Positions 36,439 through 45,073 of a stretch of 64,000 nucleotides of DNA are shown here, piece after piece; positions within the stretch are counted from its first letter, which is position 1, and every line of letters starts with the position of its first letter. The notes below the pieces were generated by a model. It had not been told where the DNA came from. It was given only the letters and a program-made list of their open reading frames with translations, and did not search any database. Both the position numbers and the translations under genes were made by a program. Source of the DNA: an uncultured Ruminococcus sp. (GTDB lineage Bacteria > Bacillota > Clostridia > Oscillospirales > CAG-272); contig CAZUUA010000006.1 in the NCBI GenBank assembly GCA_964623635.1, forward strand, positions 14,386 to 78,385. Direction: 5' to 3'.

Positions 36439-36711
36439 CCGGTTAGTTGTGAATTTTTGCTACTTTTCCTGCAAGAAACTTTTTTATCACATTTTTCCTA
36501 ATGCACCATGTAACAAAATCGCTGGAGAACGGTTATACAGGACAAAGAGGATAAAACCTTCACCCAAGCCGAAAGGAGCGTGAAGAGAAGGAATGGATAC
36601 GGCCCCGGACAACACGCCCGTGCAGACCTTGGAGACTGTGCCAGGATACCATGTGGAAGATGACCTACCGCATCCTTAGTAGCCGGACATGATCCGGAAA
36701 TAAGTATATCT

Positions 36712-36754
36712 AAAAACGATCAGGCTGTCCCCATGGATGGTCTGGTCGTTTTTT
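36712..36754. terminator. Orphan intrinsic terminator inside the 830-nt non-coding island
   Basis: 10-bp stem ACGATCAGGC/GTCTGGTCGT (two G-U pairs) flanked by A5 and T6. No annotated gene ends here. Confidence 0.55.
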
Positions 36755-36833
36755 CACTGCTGCGGTACGTGGATCGTTCTGTCGGTATGTATACAGATTT
36801 TTTCCATTTTTCGGAAAAAATACTTCTGTACAC

Positions 36834-36862
36834 TTGACAGCCCCTGTGGCACGTGGTATAAT
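36834..36862 (+). promoter_or_regulatory. Consensus sigmaA promoter with no gene for about 340 nt
   Basis: TTGACA (36834-36839), an exact 17-nt spacer, then TATAAT (36857-36862). Confidence 0.65.
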
Positions 36863-37037
36863 TACTGTGATGTATTGTATGTTGCCGTACGATACATAGA
36901 CAGCTATTTTCATCTGAAAAAGTTTACGGAAAGGGGCTTGACAAAAATGAAGTTTGCCCCCATGATACGACAGACAGTCAGAACCACAGACAGTCAGACA
37001 GACGGGATACGTCTGTCCCTTTCTGCTGGCTACATAC

Positions 37038-37090
37038 AGATGCAAAGATGTGTTTCTTTTGTGAGACCCACGAGAGAAATGCATCTTTTT
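37038..37090 (+). terminator. Leader terminator-like hairpin (candidate attenuator) upstream of the lipoprotein gene
   Basis: Outer stem AGATGCA (37038-37044)/TGCATCT (37080-37086). Inner helix TTTCTTTTGTG/CACGAGAGAAA. T5 follows directly. Confidence 0.45.
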
Positions 37091-37199
37091 GTGTAATTGC
37101 TGCACAATAACGACCTGGGGCGCCGCCGTACAATTTCGCCCCGGATCCGTGTGGACGTACCCTTATCCATTGTGAACAAGCAGAAACGAGGTGTTTTGT

Positions 37200-38339
37200 A
37201 TGCGTAAGATCGCTTGGCTTTTGGTACTGCTGATGTTGCCTCTTGCCGGCTGTGTTTCGACAAATGAGCCCGAATCCGATACGACAGCGGAACTGGAGAC
37301 ACTATCCGAGGAACCCGGAGCCACTACGGAAACGGAGCTATCGGAGACAGAAGTTTCCGACCCAGTACCTTCTGAGGAGCCCACTCCCACCGATGAGCAG
37401 GGAGCTGCCGAGGAGCAAGGTACCACAGAATTTGCCTACAGTGCGGAGGCACAGGCTGCCATCGAAGGCTTGTACGTTAACCTGTGGAACGAAGAATTTG
37501 CCGCCAGCTATTTGGGGTATCGGGAAGAGGGTGACACCAGCACGCTGTCCGAGTGGCTGCAGGACAACTGTCCCATGCTGACCAGCTTTTGGCCGTTCCT
37601 GGCGGAGATTCCGGAAGAGGACATTGTTGGCGACCACGGCTATCTGTACTGTATCGTGCCCATGGATGCAAGCGTCCAGTTCACGGTAAAGGGCCTGGAG
37701 TGGGAGAATGGTGGCGATAATATGCCGCCCAGTTCCTCCGAGGTGCTGTATGTTCCCCAGCTCGATCGTCCCTTCCTGCTGTATTCCACCTGCGAGTCCT
37801 GGGTGGATAATGCCGATGTGGTCCTCGAGTTCGTGGAAGCGGATGGCTTTGAGGGCGTATGGACTCCCGTGCTGGAACCGGACGGATCTATTACGAACCC
37901 ACTGGCACAGGACGGCGGTTATACGATCGTGGACTTTGCCAGTCTCTATGATATCGGCGATTATGTGCCGCACCTGCAAAGTGGCACGGATGCGGATTCC
38001 GGATGGCTGCCACCCACAGAGACCGGTCTTGCCAATACCACCTGGTATAGCGACAACGGCTGGCTGCTGTCCTTTGGCGAGGACGGAAATGCGGAAGACG
38101 GCATGGTGCTGTATTATACCGAAGGAGAAGAAGGCACGCTGACGCCGTACTACGAAGGTACCTGGTGGATGGAGGACGACGGATTGTGTCTGGGTGTTTA
38201 CGATGGCAACTGCCCGTTCCCACTGTTGATCTCTCCTTCCGGGGAACAGCTCGTCATCATGCGAGCGGACGATGGCTCCGTGCTACCCTTCTTCGTGGAA
38301 GGACAGACCATCTGCAGCCTGTCCATCGTGTATGGCTGA
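37200..38339 (+). CDS. Hypothetical lipoprotein with an acidic low-complexity linker
   Basis: The start is taken at ATG 37200 (MRKIAWLLVLLMLPLAGCVST). Lipobox LAGC. A Glu/Thr/Pro-rich linker is followed by a ~300-aa domain with no motif I recognise. Confidence 0.6.
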   Translation: MRKIAWLLVLLMLPLAGCVSTNEPESDTTAELETLSEEPGATTETELSETEVSDPVPSEEPTPTDEQGAAEEQGTTEFAYSAEAQAAIEGLYVNLWNEEFAASYLGYREEGDTSTLSEWLQDNCPMLTSFWPFLAEIPEEDIVGDHGYLYCIVPMDASVQFTVKGLEWENGGDNMPPSSSEVLYVPQLDRPFLLYSTCESWVDNADVVLEFVEADGFEGVWTPVLEPDGSITNPLAQDGGYTIVDFASLYDIGDYVPHLQSGTDADSGWLPPTETGLANTTWYSDNGWLLSFGEDGNAEDGMVLYYTEGEEGTLTPYYEGTWWMEDDGLCLGVYDGNCPFPLLISPSGEQLVIMRADDGSVLPFFVEGQTICSLSIVYG

Positions 38340-38409
38340 TAACAAAGGGAACGCTGATCCGAGAGTACCCAAAATGACCTGCCTGCAAACAGATTTAAAA
38401 GCAAAGCAA

Positions 38410-38448
38410 ACGACCGGGTCGTCCCAAAAGGATACCCGGTCATTTCTT
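38410..38448. terminator. Terminator hairpin between convergent lipoprotein and GH2 genes
   Basis: GACCGGGT/ACCCGGTC stem flanked by A-rich and T-rich runs. Confidence 0.55.
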
Positions 38449-38462
38449 GTATATACCTTTAT

Positions 38463-41057
38463 TTACTGTTCGCTTCTCAGCAGTACGCCAACGCCATACC
38501 GGCCGCTCTTTCTGCCGTACAGCGCCAGACCTGCCTCTTCCTCTGTGGCAAAGGTCAGGGTAAAGCTTTCCTTGGTCTGCAGCTTCAACAGCAGTGCCGA
38601 CGGAAGCTTCACGTCACACAGGTAGCCGTAGGAGCCTGCTTCGTCCAGGTGGTAGATGCTGGGCTGGTAGTGATGGGACAGGGCACCACGAGAATCGGCA
38701 GGTGCATCCGGCAGCAGCATAGTGGTCACCGGTACGCCATCGATGGACACAACCACCTTGCCCGGATAGGGTGTAGCATCGGTCTGAACAAAGGAGTTCA
38801 GGTTCTCGCCGGGATCACACCGGTAGCCAAGCATATAGTTCAGATCGACCTTGGTATCCTTGTCTTTCGCCGGATAGTCGTGGGTCATGGGGAACCGGGT
38901 GGAAATCTCCGCCAGCAGCCGTACATCCTTCGCCGCTGCAAAGCCGGGAATGTCCGCCGTCTTGACAACCGTAGAGAACGCCCCCTTGCCCAGTCCGCTG
39001 ACCTTTTCCACCTTGGCTTCGATCACGCGATCAAACCCATCGGTCCGGAAGTCTGCCGGAGACAGCACCAGTGCATCCAGTCTGCTACCGGCGATATCAA
39101 AGAGGATACCGTTTTGCATGATGGTCTCCTCCTTGTCCACCAGCGCAAAGGACAACAGGGCAGTGCCATCGTGCTCGGGCATGGTTAGCTGGATCGCACC
39201 GGCCGGGAAGGCACCATAGCCCTTCCAAACCAGCTGGATCTCGCCACTGTCAGCCACATAGTCGCCATCCACTGGATCGTTCACCGTGAACTGCCATGCA
39301 ACCGTCAGCAGCTTGCCGTGCCGCTTGTCCGTGAAGCTGGAACCAAACAGGGGTACAGTCACCGTATCGCCGGGCTGTACGGTGGTCATGGGTGCAAAGT
39401 CGGCGCCTACGTAATCCTGGCTGTGCAGATCCCGCAGGGTCATGCCATAGCTGTCGTAGCCGAAATCCTTGTCGCCGTTGTCAATCTTGTAGTAGCCGTT
39501 GAATTCGTTGACCACATCGTGGAATTCCGTGAACACAAAGCCACACAGCTTGTCATGCCGCCGGAATTCGTTGATCATATATTTGTACTGCCAGGAGATA
39601 TCGCTTTCCCCGGCATTGCCTTCGATGCCCCATACATTGCCGCATTCGCTGTTCATGCAGGGCACATCGGTCTGGGTGTAGCCTTCCTTGTAGTTGTTGT
39701 GAGAGCCTTCGTACGCATTGTTGCAGAAGGTGTCCACCACATCCTTGACCCGCTCGTAGCCGTTGGCGTAGAAGTGCCAGGTATTTACATCGGTGATGGT
39801 GTGGTCGCTGTTGCAGGGAGAATTGTCCTCCACCAGTCTGGTGGGATCCAGTGCCTTTGCCTTTTCCCAGCAGTGTACCACCCACTTGGCCGTCTCTTCG
39901 GTGTAGGCTCTGCCATTTCCGTCGGGACGATTGGTGAACAGCCCCCAGGTCTCGTTGAAAATGACCCAATAGAAAATGGACGGATGGATCCGGTCACGCA
40001 GGATCTGCTCTTCCATTTCCACTTCGTACTGTGCTCTGGTCTCCGGCAGCGGTTCGGCCCAGAAGCAGGGGATATCCTCCATGATCAGCAGCCCCAGCTT
40101 ATCGGCCCAGTACAGCTTCAGCGGTTCCTCGGCCTTGATGTGGATCCGAGCCATATTGATACCGATCCGCTTCAGCCGCAGGATCTCTTCCCGGCAGTCG
40201 TCGTCACCGGGCAGGGTAAAGAAGCCTTTGGGATTGAAGGACTGGTCCAGTACCCCATTGATGAAGTAAGGCTTGCCGTTCAGGGTGATGTAGTGCCGGT
40301 TTTCCGTGCCAAACTTGCCGGTGCCGATTTCCCGGATCCCGAAATAGGTGGAGACGATATCGTCACCCAGGGTCAGCGTGCCCTCGTACAGATTCGGTTC
40401 TTCCGGACTCCACCACTTAGGCTCTGCCACGTGCAGTACCAGCTCTGCCCGGTTGTCGTTCACTACAGCGGTACCGGTGGTGTCGCCAAAGGTCGCTGTA
40501 ATGGTGTCGCCGTCCTTGGCACCAACGGTGGTGATGGTGTAGGTCACCGTGCCGTCCAGCTTGGTGGTGTTTGCGAAATCGGCGATATACGTATCCGGTC
40601 GTGCTTCCAGCCAGGGTGTCTGCCAGATACCCTTGGCATCGCCGTAGCCCTGTTTGCCATAGGTCTGGCTCCGGTCAGCTGTATCGGTGGCACAGACTTC
40701 GATGGTGTTGTCTCCGGTTCTGTCCCAAACATCGGTAACTTCAAACCGGAAAGGCATATACCCACCACGATGGCTGCCCAGCTCTTTTCCGTTGACGGTC
40801 ACGGTGCAGGTGTAGTCCACGGCACCAAAGTGCAGGAAGATGCGGTGGTTAGCCGGATCCCAGCGAACGGTGCGGCGGTAGTAAGCGGTGCCATCCTTGG
40901 CTTCGTCGACACCGGACAGCGGTGAACCCCAGGGATAAGGCACTTCGATGACCTTGTCGTAGGTGGGTGCGTCAAAGGAGAAGTCCCAGGCGCCATTCAG
41001 GTTCAGCCACTGGGGAACTTCCTTGTAAGGTTGGGGATAGCGGATCTTTTGCAGCAT
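38463..41057 (-). CDS. Glycoside hydrolase family 2 (beta-galactosidase/beta-glucuronidase-like), cytoplasmic
   Basis: 864 aa. Sugar-binding domain NGAWDFSFD..., TIM-barrel block GINMARIHIKAEEPLKLYWADKLGLLIMEDIP, and acid/base region WVIFNETWG. No signal peptide. Confidence 0.8.
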   Translation of the reverse strand: MLQKIRYPQPYKEVPQWLNLNGAWDFSFDAPTYDKVIEVPYPWGSPLSGVDEAKDGTAYYRRTVRWDPANHRIFLHFGAVDYTCTVTVNGKELGSHRGGYMPFRFEVTDVWDRTGDNTIEVCATDTADRSQTYGKQGYGDAKGIWQTPWLEARPDTYIADFANTTKLDGTVTYTITTVGAKDGDTITATFGDTTGTAVVNDNRAELVLHVAEPKWWSPEEPNLYEGTLTLGDDIVSTYFGIREIGTGKFGTENRHYITLNGKPYFINGVLDQSFNPKGFFTLPGDDDCREEILRLKRIGINMARIHIKAEEPLKLYWADKLGLLIMEDIPCFWAEPLPETRAQYEVEMEEQILRDRIHPSIFYWVIFNETWGLFTNRPDGNGRAYTEETAKWVVHCWEKAKALDPTRLVEDNSPCNSDHTITDVNTWHFYANGYERVKDVVDTFCNNAYEGSHNNYKEGYTQTDVPCMNSECGNVWGIEGNAGESDISWQYKYMINEFRRHDKLCGFVFTEFHDVVNEFNGYYKIDNGDKDFGYDSYGMTLRDLHSQDYVGADFAPMTTVQPGDTVTVPLFGSSFTDKRHGKLLTVAWQFTVNDPVDGDYVADSGEIQLVWKGYGAFPAGAIQLTMPEHDGTALLSFALVDKEETIMQNGILFDIAGSRLDALVLSPADFRTDGFDRVIEAKVEKVSGLGKGAFSTVVKTADIPGFAAAKDVRLLAEISTRFPMTHDYPAKDKDTKVDLNYMLGYRCDPGENLNSFVQTDATPYPGKVVVSIDGVPVTTMLLPDAPADSRGALSHHYQPSIYHLDEAGSYGYLCDVKLPSALLLKLQTKESFTLTFATEEEAGLALYGRKSGRYGVGVLLRSEQ

Positions 41058-41095
41058 AAATGAAAGTCCTCTCTATATTGGATTGGGTTGACACC

Positions 41096-41124
41096 ATTAT
41101 ACCATATTTTTCGGAAATTAACAA
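41096..41124 (-). promoter_or_regulatory. Candidate promoter of the GH2 gene with an embedded TCCGAAAA box
   Basis: On the minus strand: TTGTTA, a 17-nt spacer (ATTTCCGAAAAATATGG), then TATAAT. Confidence 0.4.
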
Positions 41125-41153
41125 TGGTTTTTGCGTTTTTTCTTTTTGCTCTG

Positions 41154-41182
41154 TTGACATTGGCTGAAAAAACAGGTATACT
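41154..41182 (+). promoter_or_regulatory. sigmaA-type promoter of the AraC-family gene
   Basis: TTGACA, a 17-nt spacer, then TATACT. Confidence 0.55.
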
Positions 41183-41246
41183 ATTGGCAAAGCACAGGAT
41201 CAGAGCGAAACATAGATCCTATCGGGCCAAAGAAGCGGAGGGTGTT

Positions 41247-42164
41247 ATGATGGATATTTTGACCCGTATGGCAGCGGCCAAAAAGCTCAGTCGATACAAG
41301 CTGTATCTGCAAAACAATATGTTCCGGGGAAGTGTGATCTGGTGTCGTACGGCCTACAGCAAATGGGAAGGCATGGCCCCTACCGCACCCAACCAGCACA
41401 CCTTCTATGAGCTGCACTACGTATTGGAAGGCAGTCTTACGGTCTCGTGGGGCTCCCCGGATGCACGTTCCATGAATGCACAACCGCCGTTTGTTGTGGG
41501 TGCCGGGCAGTTTGTCCTGATCCCACCACGTTGCCTGCATCAGTTGACGCCAAATGATATGGCACTGGAAAAGCTGGTTTGTGGATTCGTTCTGGATAGC
41601 GACAAGGATTTTGTTTGCCAGGCCTTGACCCATCTGCCGCGTCACGCCTGTGCTGCTACCGAGGCCATGCCGACCTATGTGGAGCTGATGCTGGAAAACG
41701 CCATGACGGGACGTGCCGGTTCCACGACCACCATCGGCAACCTGCTGGAATGTCTGCTCATGGAGGTACTGCGGCAGCTCTCGCCGGACAGCCTGGAGAA
41801 AAGCGGCGACCGCAAGGTATTCGAAAACGACCTGCGGATCCGGGAACTGGAGTCCACCATTACATCGAGCATTCGGGAACCCGGCGGCAATGCACGTCTG
41901 ACCGGCGAAGCACTCGCTGCCCAAATGAACATCAGCCTGCGCCACCTGAATCGGCTGACCGGTCGTTATCTTGGCTGCTCCGTGGGACAATATATGGCAC
42001 AGGTGCGCCTGGAATATATCAAGGAGCTATTATATATCCATGAACTGTCCCTACAAGATATTGCAGAGAAGACCGGCTTTCAATCGGAGTATGCACTGAG
42101 TCGGTTTTTCAAGACCCAAGAGGGAATGTCCATTGGTGTATATCGCCGAAGTCTAGAACAGTGA
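41247..42164 (+). CDS. AraC-family transcriptional regulator (cupin sensor plus HTH)
   Basis: The start is taken at ATG 41247 after GGAGG. N-terminal cupin-like FYELHYVLEGSLTV. C-terminal double HTH (...LQDIAEKTGFQSEYALSRFFKTQEGMSIGVYRR). Confidence 0.8.
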   Translation: MMDILTRMAAAKKLSRYKLYLQNNMFRGSVIWCRTAYSKWEGMAPTAPNQHTFYELHYVLEGSLTVSWGSPDARSMNAQPPFVVGAGQFVLIPPRCLHQLTPNDMALEKLVCGFVLDSDKDFVCQALTHLPRHACAATEAMPTYVELMLENAMTGRAGSTTTIGNLLECLLMEVLRQLSPDSLEKSGDRKVFENDLRIRELESTITSSIREPGGNARLTGEALAAQMNISLRHLNRLTGRYLGCSVGQYMAQVRLEYIKELLYIHELSLQDIAEKTGFQSEYALSRFFKTQEGMSIGVYRRSLEQ

Positions 42165-42212
42165 TGACCGATTCGGTTGGGTGTGTGTCCGATTTTGTTA
42201 CCGGCTCAGCGG

Positions 42213-42242
42213 CAAAATATGTGAAATACGCCACATATTTTG
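42213..42242 (+). other. Perfect 11-bp inverted repeat CAAAATATGTG-N8-CACATATTTTG downstream of the AraC gene (terminator or operator)
   Basis: The stem arms are exact reverse complements. The 3' arm ends in TTTTG. Confidence 0.4.
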
Positions 42243-42357
42243 TGAATTCTGTGGAAGCGATCCACAAAAGAGCGGCAAAAACGGAATCTTTACGGAAAAC
42301 TGCACAGGTTTTTTCTAAAAATCACACATAAAAAACCGACATGGACAAAATGTGCAG

Positions 42358-42394
42358 ATGTCCGAAAATGGTATGTATATGTCCAAAACTGCTA
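42358..42394 (+). promoter_or_regulatory. Two 16-nt direct repeats at a 21-bp period (candidate AraC-type activator site) abutting the promoter of 42501..43379
   Basis: ATGTCCGAAAATGGTA (42358-42373) and ATGTCCAAAACTGCTA (42379-42394) share 13 of 16 positions. TATAAT lies at 42417-42422. The TCCGAAAA core recurs in the divergent GH2 promoter. Confidence 0.4.
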
Positions 42395-42500
42395 TTGTGT
42401 ATCCGGAAAAAATCGGTATAATGTAAGTAATGCTACAACCTGTGGTAAAGATCCTGCTGCACAGATATACGCTGTATGCAAAGTTACAAGGAGGCATAGT

Positions 42501-43379
42501 ATGAAACACATAATTACATCGATCCTGCTCGCTGCACTGTTGTCCGTTGGTACACTGGCTGCGGATGTACCGTATACTGCATTCTACAAGGCTGCGGATA
42601 TGCCTGTAGATGGGGCTGCCGTCACTGCCACGACCACCAAGGGCTCCATCCACGATAAGGTGCTCACCTGTGTCGAAAAAGGGGAAAACGCAGAAGGCAG
42701 CGGCTTTACGTTCACCTTCACCGTGCCGGAAGATGGCGACTATACCGTTTGGGGTCGTGTATTCTACGCCGACCAGTCCAGCAACTCCATCCACTATTCC
42801 GTAGACGGCGGTGAATCCATGGTTTGGGACTTCCCGGACGAAAGTGACAACGAAGCCGAAGAAAAGAACGATCCGTCCCTGATGCCGGTGTGCTATGGTT
42901 CCTGGCAGTATTTCTATCTGACCTATCGGCAGGAAGGTAAGTATTCGGATACCGATATGTACGGCACATGGACCATCGAGCATGACCAGTGGCGCCACGC
43001 TCCCAACGTACTGTCCCTGAAAGCCGGCGAGCACAGCATCCACTTTGTGGGTCGGGAAACGGGCTGGTGCATCGATGAGCTGGTGGTGACCGAGCTGGCC
43101 GCCGCTGACTATGACCCCAACTATTACGTAGGCAACCTGGATATTCTGGATCCCTGTCAGTTCTGCGGCACCTATTGGCAGCACTACTATAAGGACATCT
43201 ACGCCGCCACCGGTGTGACCGCCGAGGAATACTACCACAGTACGCTGTATCCGGAAGTGGAACTGGTGAGCAGTGCCGATACCGCCGTGACCACCGCACC
43301 GCAGACGGCCGATGTGACCCTGGTGCTGTGCGCCGTGGCTGCACTGACCGGTGCCATCGCTTCCAAGAAACGCAGATAA
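42501..43379 (+). CDS. Secreted protein with a galactose-binding/CBM-like domain and a C-terminal membrane anchor
   Basis: Signal peptide MKHIITSILLAALLSVGTLA-ADV. The blocks GDYTVWGRVFYAD...IHYSVDGG...SLKAGEHSIHFVGRETGWCIDELVV resemble CBM-type beta-sandwiches. The C-terminus is APQTAD, then 17 hydrophobic residues, then KKRR. AAGGAGG RBS. Confidence 0.55.
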   Translation: MKHIITSILLAALLSVGTLAADVPYTAFYKAADMPVDGAAVTATTTKGSIHDKVLTCVEKGENAEGSGFTFTFTVPEDGDYTVWGRVFYADQSSNSIHYSVDGGESMVWDFPDESDNEAEEKNDPSLMPVCYGSWQYFYLTYRQEGKYSDTDMYGTWTIEHDQWRHAPNVLSLKAGEHSIHFVGRETGWCIDELVVTELAAADYDPNYYVGNLDILDPCQFCGTYWQHYYKDIYAATGVTAEEYYHSTLYPEVELVSSADTAVTTAPQTADVTLVLCAVAALTGAIASKKRR

Positions 43380-43421
43380 GATATAGTACCTGAAAGAGCC
43401 TTCTTTATAGGAACCCCCAAA

Positions 43422-43458
43422 GATACCTGCTTTGCGACATCATGAGCAGGTGTCTTTT
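43422..43458 (+). terminator. Intrinsic terminator
   Basis: GATACCTGCT/AGCAGGTGTC stem followed by T4. Confidence 0.6.
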
Positions 43459-43486
43459 ATGTGTGGCGAATTTTTACGAATTTCTG

Positions 43487-43515
43487 TTGACTTTGGCTTT
43501 CCTATCCGTTATACT
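43487..43515 (+). promoter_or_regulatory. sigmaA-type promoter
   Basis: TTGACT, a 17-nt spacer, then TATACT. Confidence 0.55.
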
Positions 43516-43552
43516 ATAAGTAACTATAACAGAAATGCAAAGGAGCTTTCCC

Positions 43553-44629
43553 ATGCTGAACGATACCACCATACGCACCATGATCGATATCGCCACCGCA
43601 GACGGCACCCGTCAGATCGTGCTCACCGGCGAGTACACCATATATGAAACCGTTCTCATCCCATCGGATTTCACCATCGTGCTGGACAACTGCCGCCTGA
43701 CCATGGCACCGGGTACCTTCTGCAATCTGTTTCGCAACCGGCACGCCGACGATCCCTATGCCCGTACCGTCACCGATGCAGACCGAAATATTCGTATCAT
43801 CGGCCGGGGCAAGGCGATCTTAGACGGTGGCGAATACAATGGTCTCTGCGAAGGGAACAGCGAAAAGGACGGCGGACCCCACATTTCCGTGAACAACCTG
43901 CTGCTGTTCGTCAACGTGGACGGTTTTGTGATCCAGGGCATCCAGTGTCGCAACCAACGTTGGTGGGCACTGAACTTCCTGTTCTGCGCCCATGGCGTGC
44001 TCGAAAACATCGATTTTTGCGCCGACGACACACGCCTGCTGCCGGATGGGACCAGAGTCCATGGTCTGCGTCGGGACAGCTACGGCGAGGTGTACATCAA
44101 AAATGCCGACGGGATCGACTTGCGCAGTGGCTGTCACGATATCCGCATCGAAAACATCACCGGTTTCACCGAGGACGACACCATCGCATTGACCGGCCTA
44201 TGGGGGAAAACGGAGCAAATGTACCAGGTGGAAGGCGCCGATACCTCCATCCACAACGTGATCATCCGCAATGTCCAGAGCGCCGCCTACTGCACCAATG
44301 TACGGCTACTGAACCAAAGCGGTATCCGGCTGTACAACATCCTCATCGATGGGGTCATGGATACCTCCGCAGGCAGTCCCCATATGGACAGAGGCATCTA
44401 CGCCGTTCGAATCGGGGACAACCACCTTTACGGGACCCGGCACTCCACACCGGAGGAAACAAAAAATATCACCGTGCGCAATATTTACGGCAGAGGAAGC
44501 ACCGTGGTCCAGCTGGCAGGCTCCATCACAAATTTGGTGCTGGACAACATCTGCACCTTCGGCGAATGCAGCACAGCCGTAGACAACCAAGCCCGGCTCT
44601 ATCGCAGTGACGGCACGGAGATTCACTAA
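43553..44629 (+). CDS. Right-handed beta-helix protein, GH28-like (polygalacturonase/rhamnogalacturonase family), cytoplasmic
   Basis: The start is taken at ATG 43553 (MLNDTTIRT...), 7 nt after AGGAG. NADGIDL and TEDDTIAL match the GH28 NTDG and G/xDD blocks. Repetitive beta-helix coil pattern. Confidence 0.6.
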   Translation: MLNDTTIRTMIDIATADGTRQIVLTGEYTIYETVLIPSDFTIVLDNCRLTMAPGTFCNLFRNRHADDPYARTVTDADRNIRIIGRGKAILDGGEYNGLCEGNSEKDGGPHISVNNLLLFVNVDGFVIQGIQCRNQRWWALNFLFCAHGVLENIDFCADDTRLLPDGTRVHGLRRDSYGEVYIKNADGIDLRSGCHDIRIENITGFTEDDTIALTGLWGKTEQMYQVEGADTSIHNVIIRNVQSAAYCTNVRLLNQSGIRLYNILIDGVMDTSAGSPHMDRGIYAVRIGDNHLYGTRHSTPEETKNITVRNIYGRGSTVVQLAGSITNLVLDNICTFGECSTAVDNQARLYRSDGTEIH

Positions 44630-44650
44630 GGTACGAAAGGAAAGTATTCC

Positions 44651-45073
44651 ATGAAAAGCATCAAACCCGGCCGTGGTCCCTCCTTCATGGGTGGGATCTC
44701 TGCCATATTTGCAGCACTGTTTGGGGTGTTCTGGGTCATCATGGCCTGTGCCATGGGTGGCTGGTTCATGGCTCCGTTCGGACTGATCTTCATCGCCATT
44801 GCCGTGGTCAATGCCATCCACTCCTTCAAGAACGCCACGAGCCAAAACCGCTATTCCAGCTTCGACATTGTGGACAGCGAAGAAGAACCGGATCCGCTGA
44901 ACCTCAAATACGGCAAGACGGTCTCCAATGTGGTAGAATCGAAAAAGAAGTCGGAGCAGTCTAAACAGTCTGTGCAAACCGATACAGCAGAAAGCCACTT
45001 CTGTCCCTGGTGCGGTACTAGGGTGGACGGAGACTATGTGTTCTGCAACCATTGCGGCAAAAAGCTGCCCTGA
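44651..45073 (+). CDS. Small membrane protein with a C-terminal zinc ribbon
   Basis: 140 aa. Two N-terminal TM helices, an acidic/basic linker, then CPWCGTRVDGDYVFCNHCGKKL (CxxC-N11-CxxC). Confidence 0.6.
   Translation: MKSIKPGRGPSFMGGISAIFAALFGVFWVIMACAMGGWFMAPFGLIFIAIAVVNAIHSFKNATSQNRYSSFDIVDSEEEPDPLNLKYGKTVSNVVESKKKSEQSKQSVQTDTAESHFCPWCGTRVDGDYVFCNHCGKKLP

Noticed and set aside
36593-36679. 28-codon ORF MDTAPDNTPVQTLETVPGYHVEDDLPHP upstream of the orphan terminator
   Set aside because: The nearest AGGAG is 14 nt from the ATG. There is no hydrophobic or Cys-rich pattern suggesting a bacteriocin, leader peptide or membrane peptide. It cannot be supported from sequence alone.
36710-37105. 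ORFs of 131 aa (minus strand) and 119 aa (plus strand) inside the non-coding island
   Set aside because: They have no RBS, an odd composition (Cys/His/Arg-rich), and overlap a consensus promoter and terminator hairpins. I treat the region as non-coding.
42315-43238. 307-aa minus-strand ORF overlapping the CBM-like gene
   Set aside because: The plus-strand ORF has an RBS, a signal peptide, a domain-like composition and a C-terminal anchor. The minus-strand translation is Gly/Val/His-rich with no start context.
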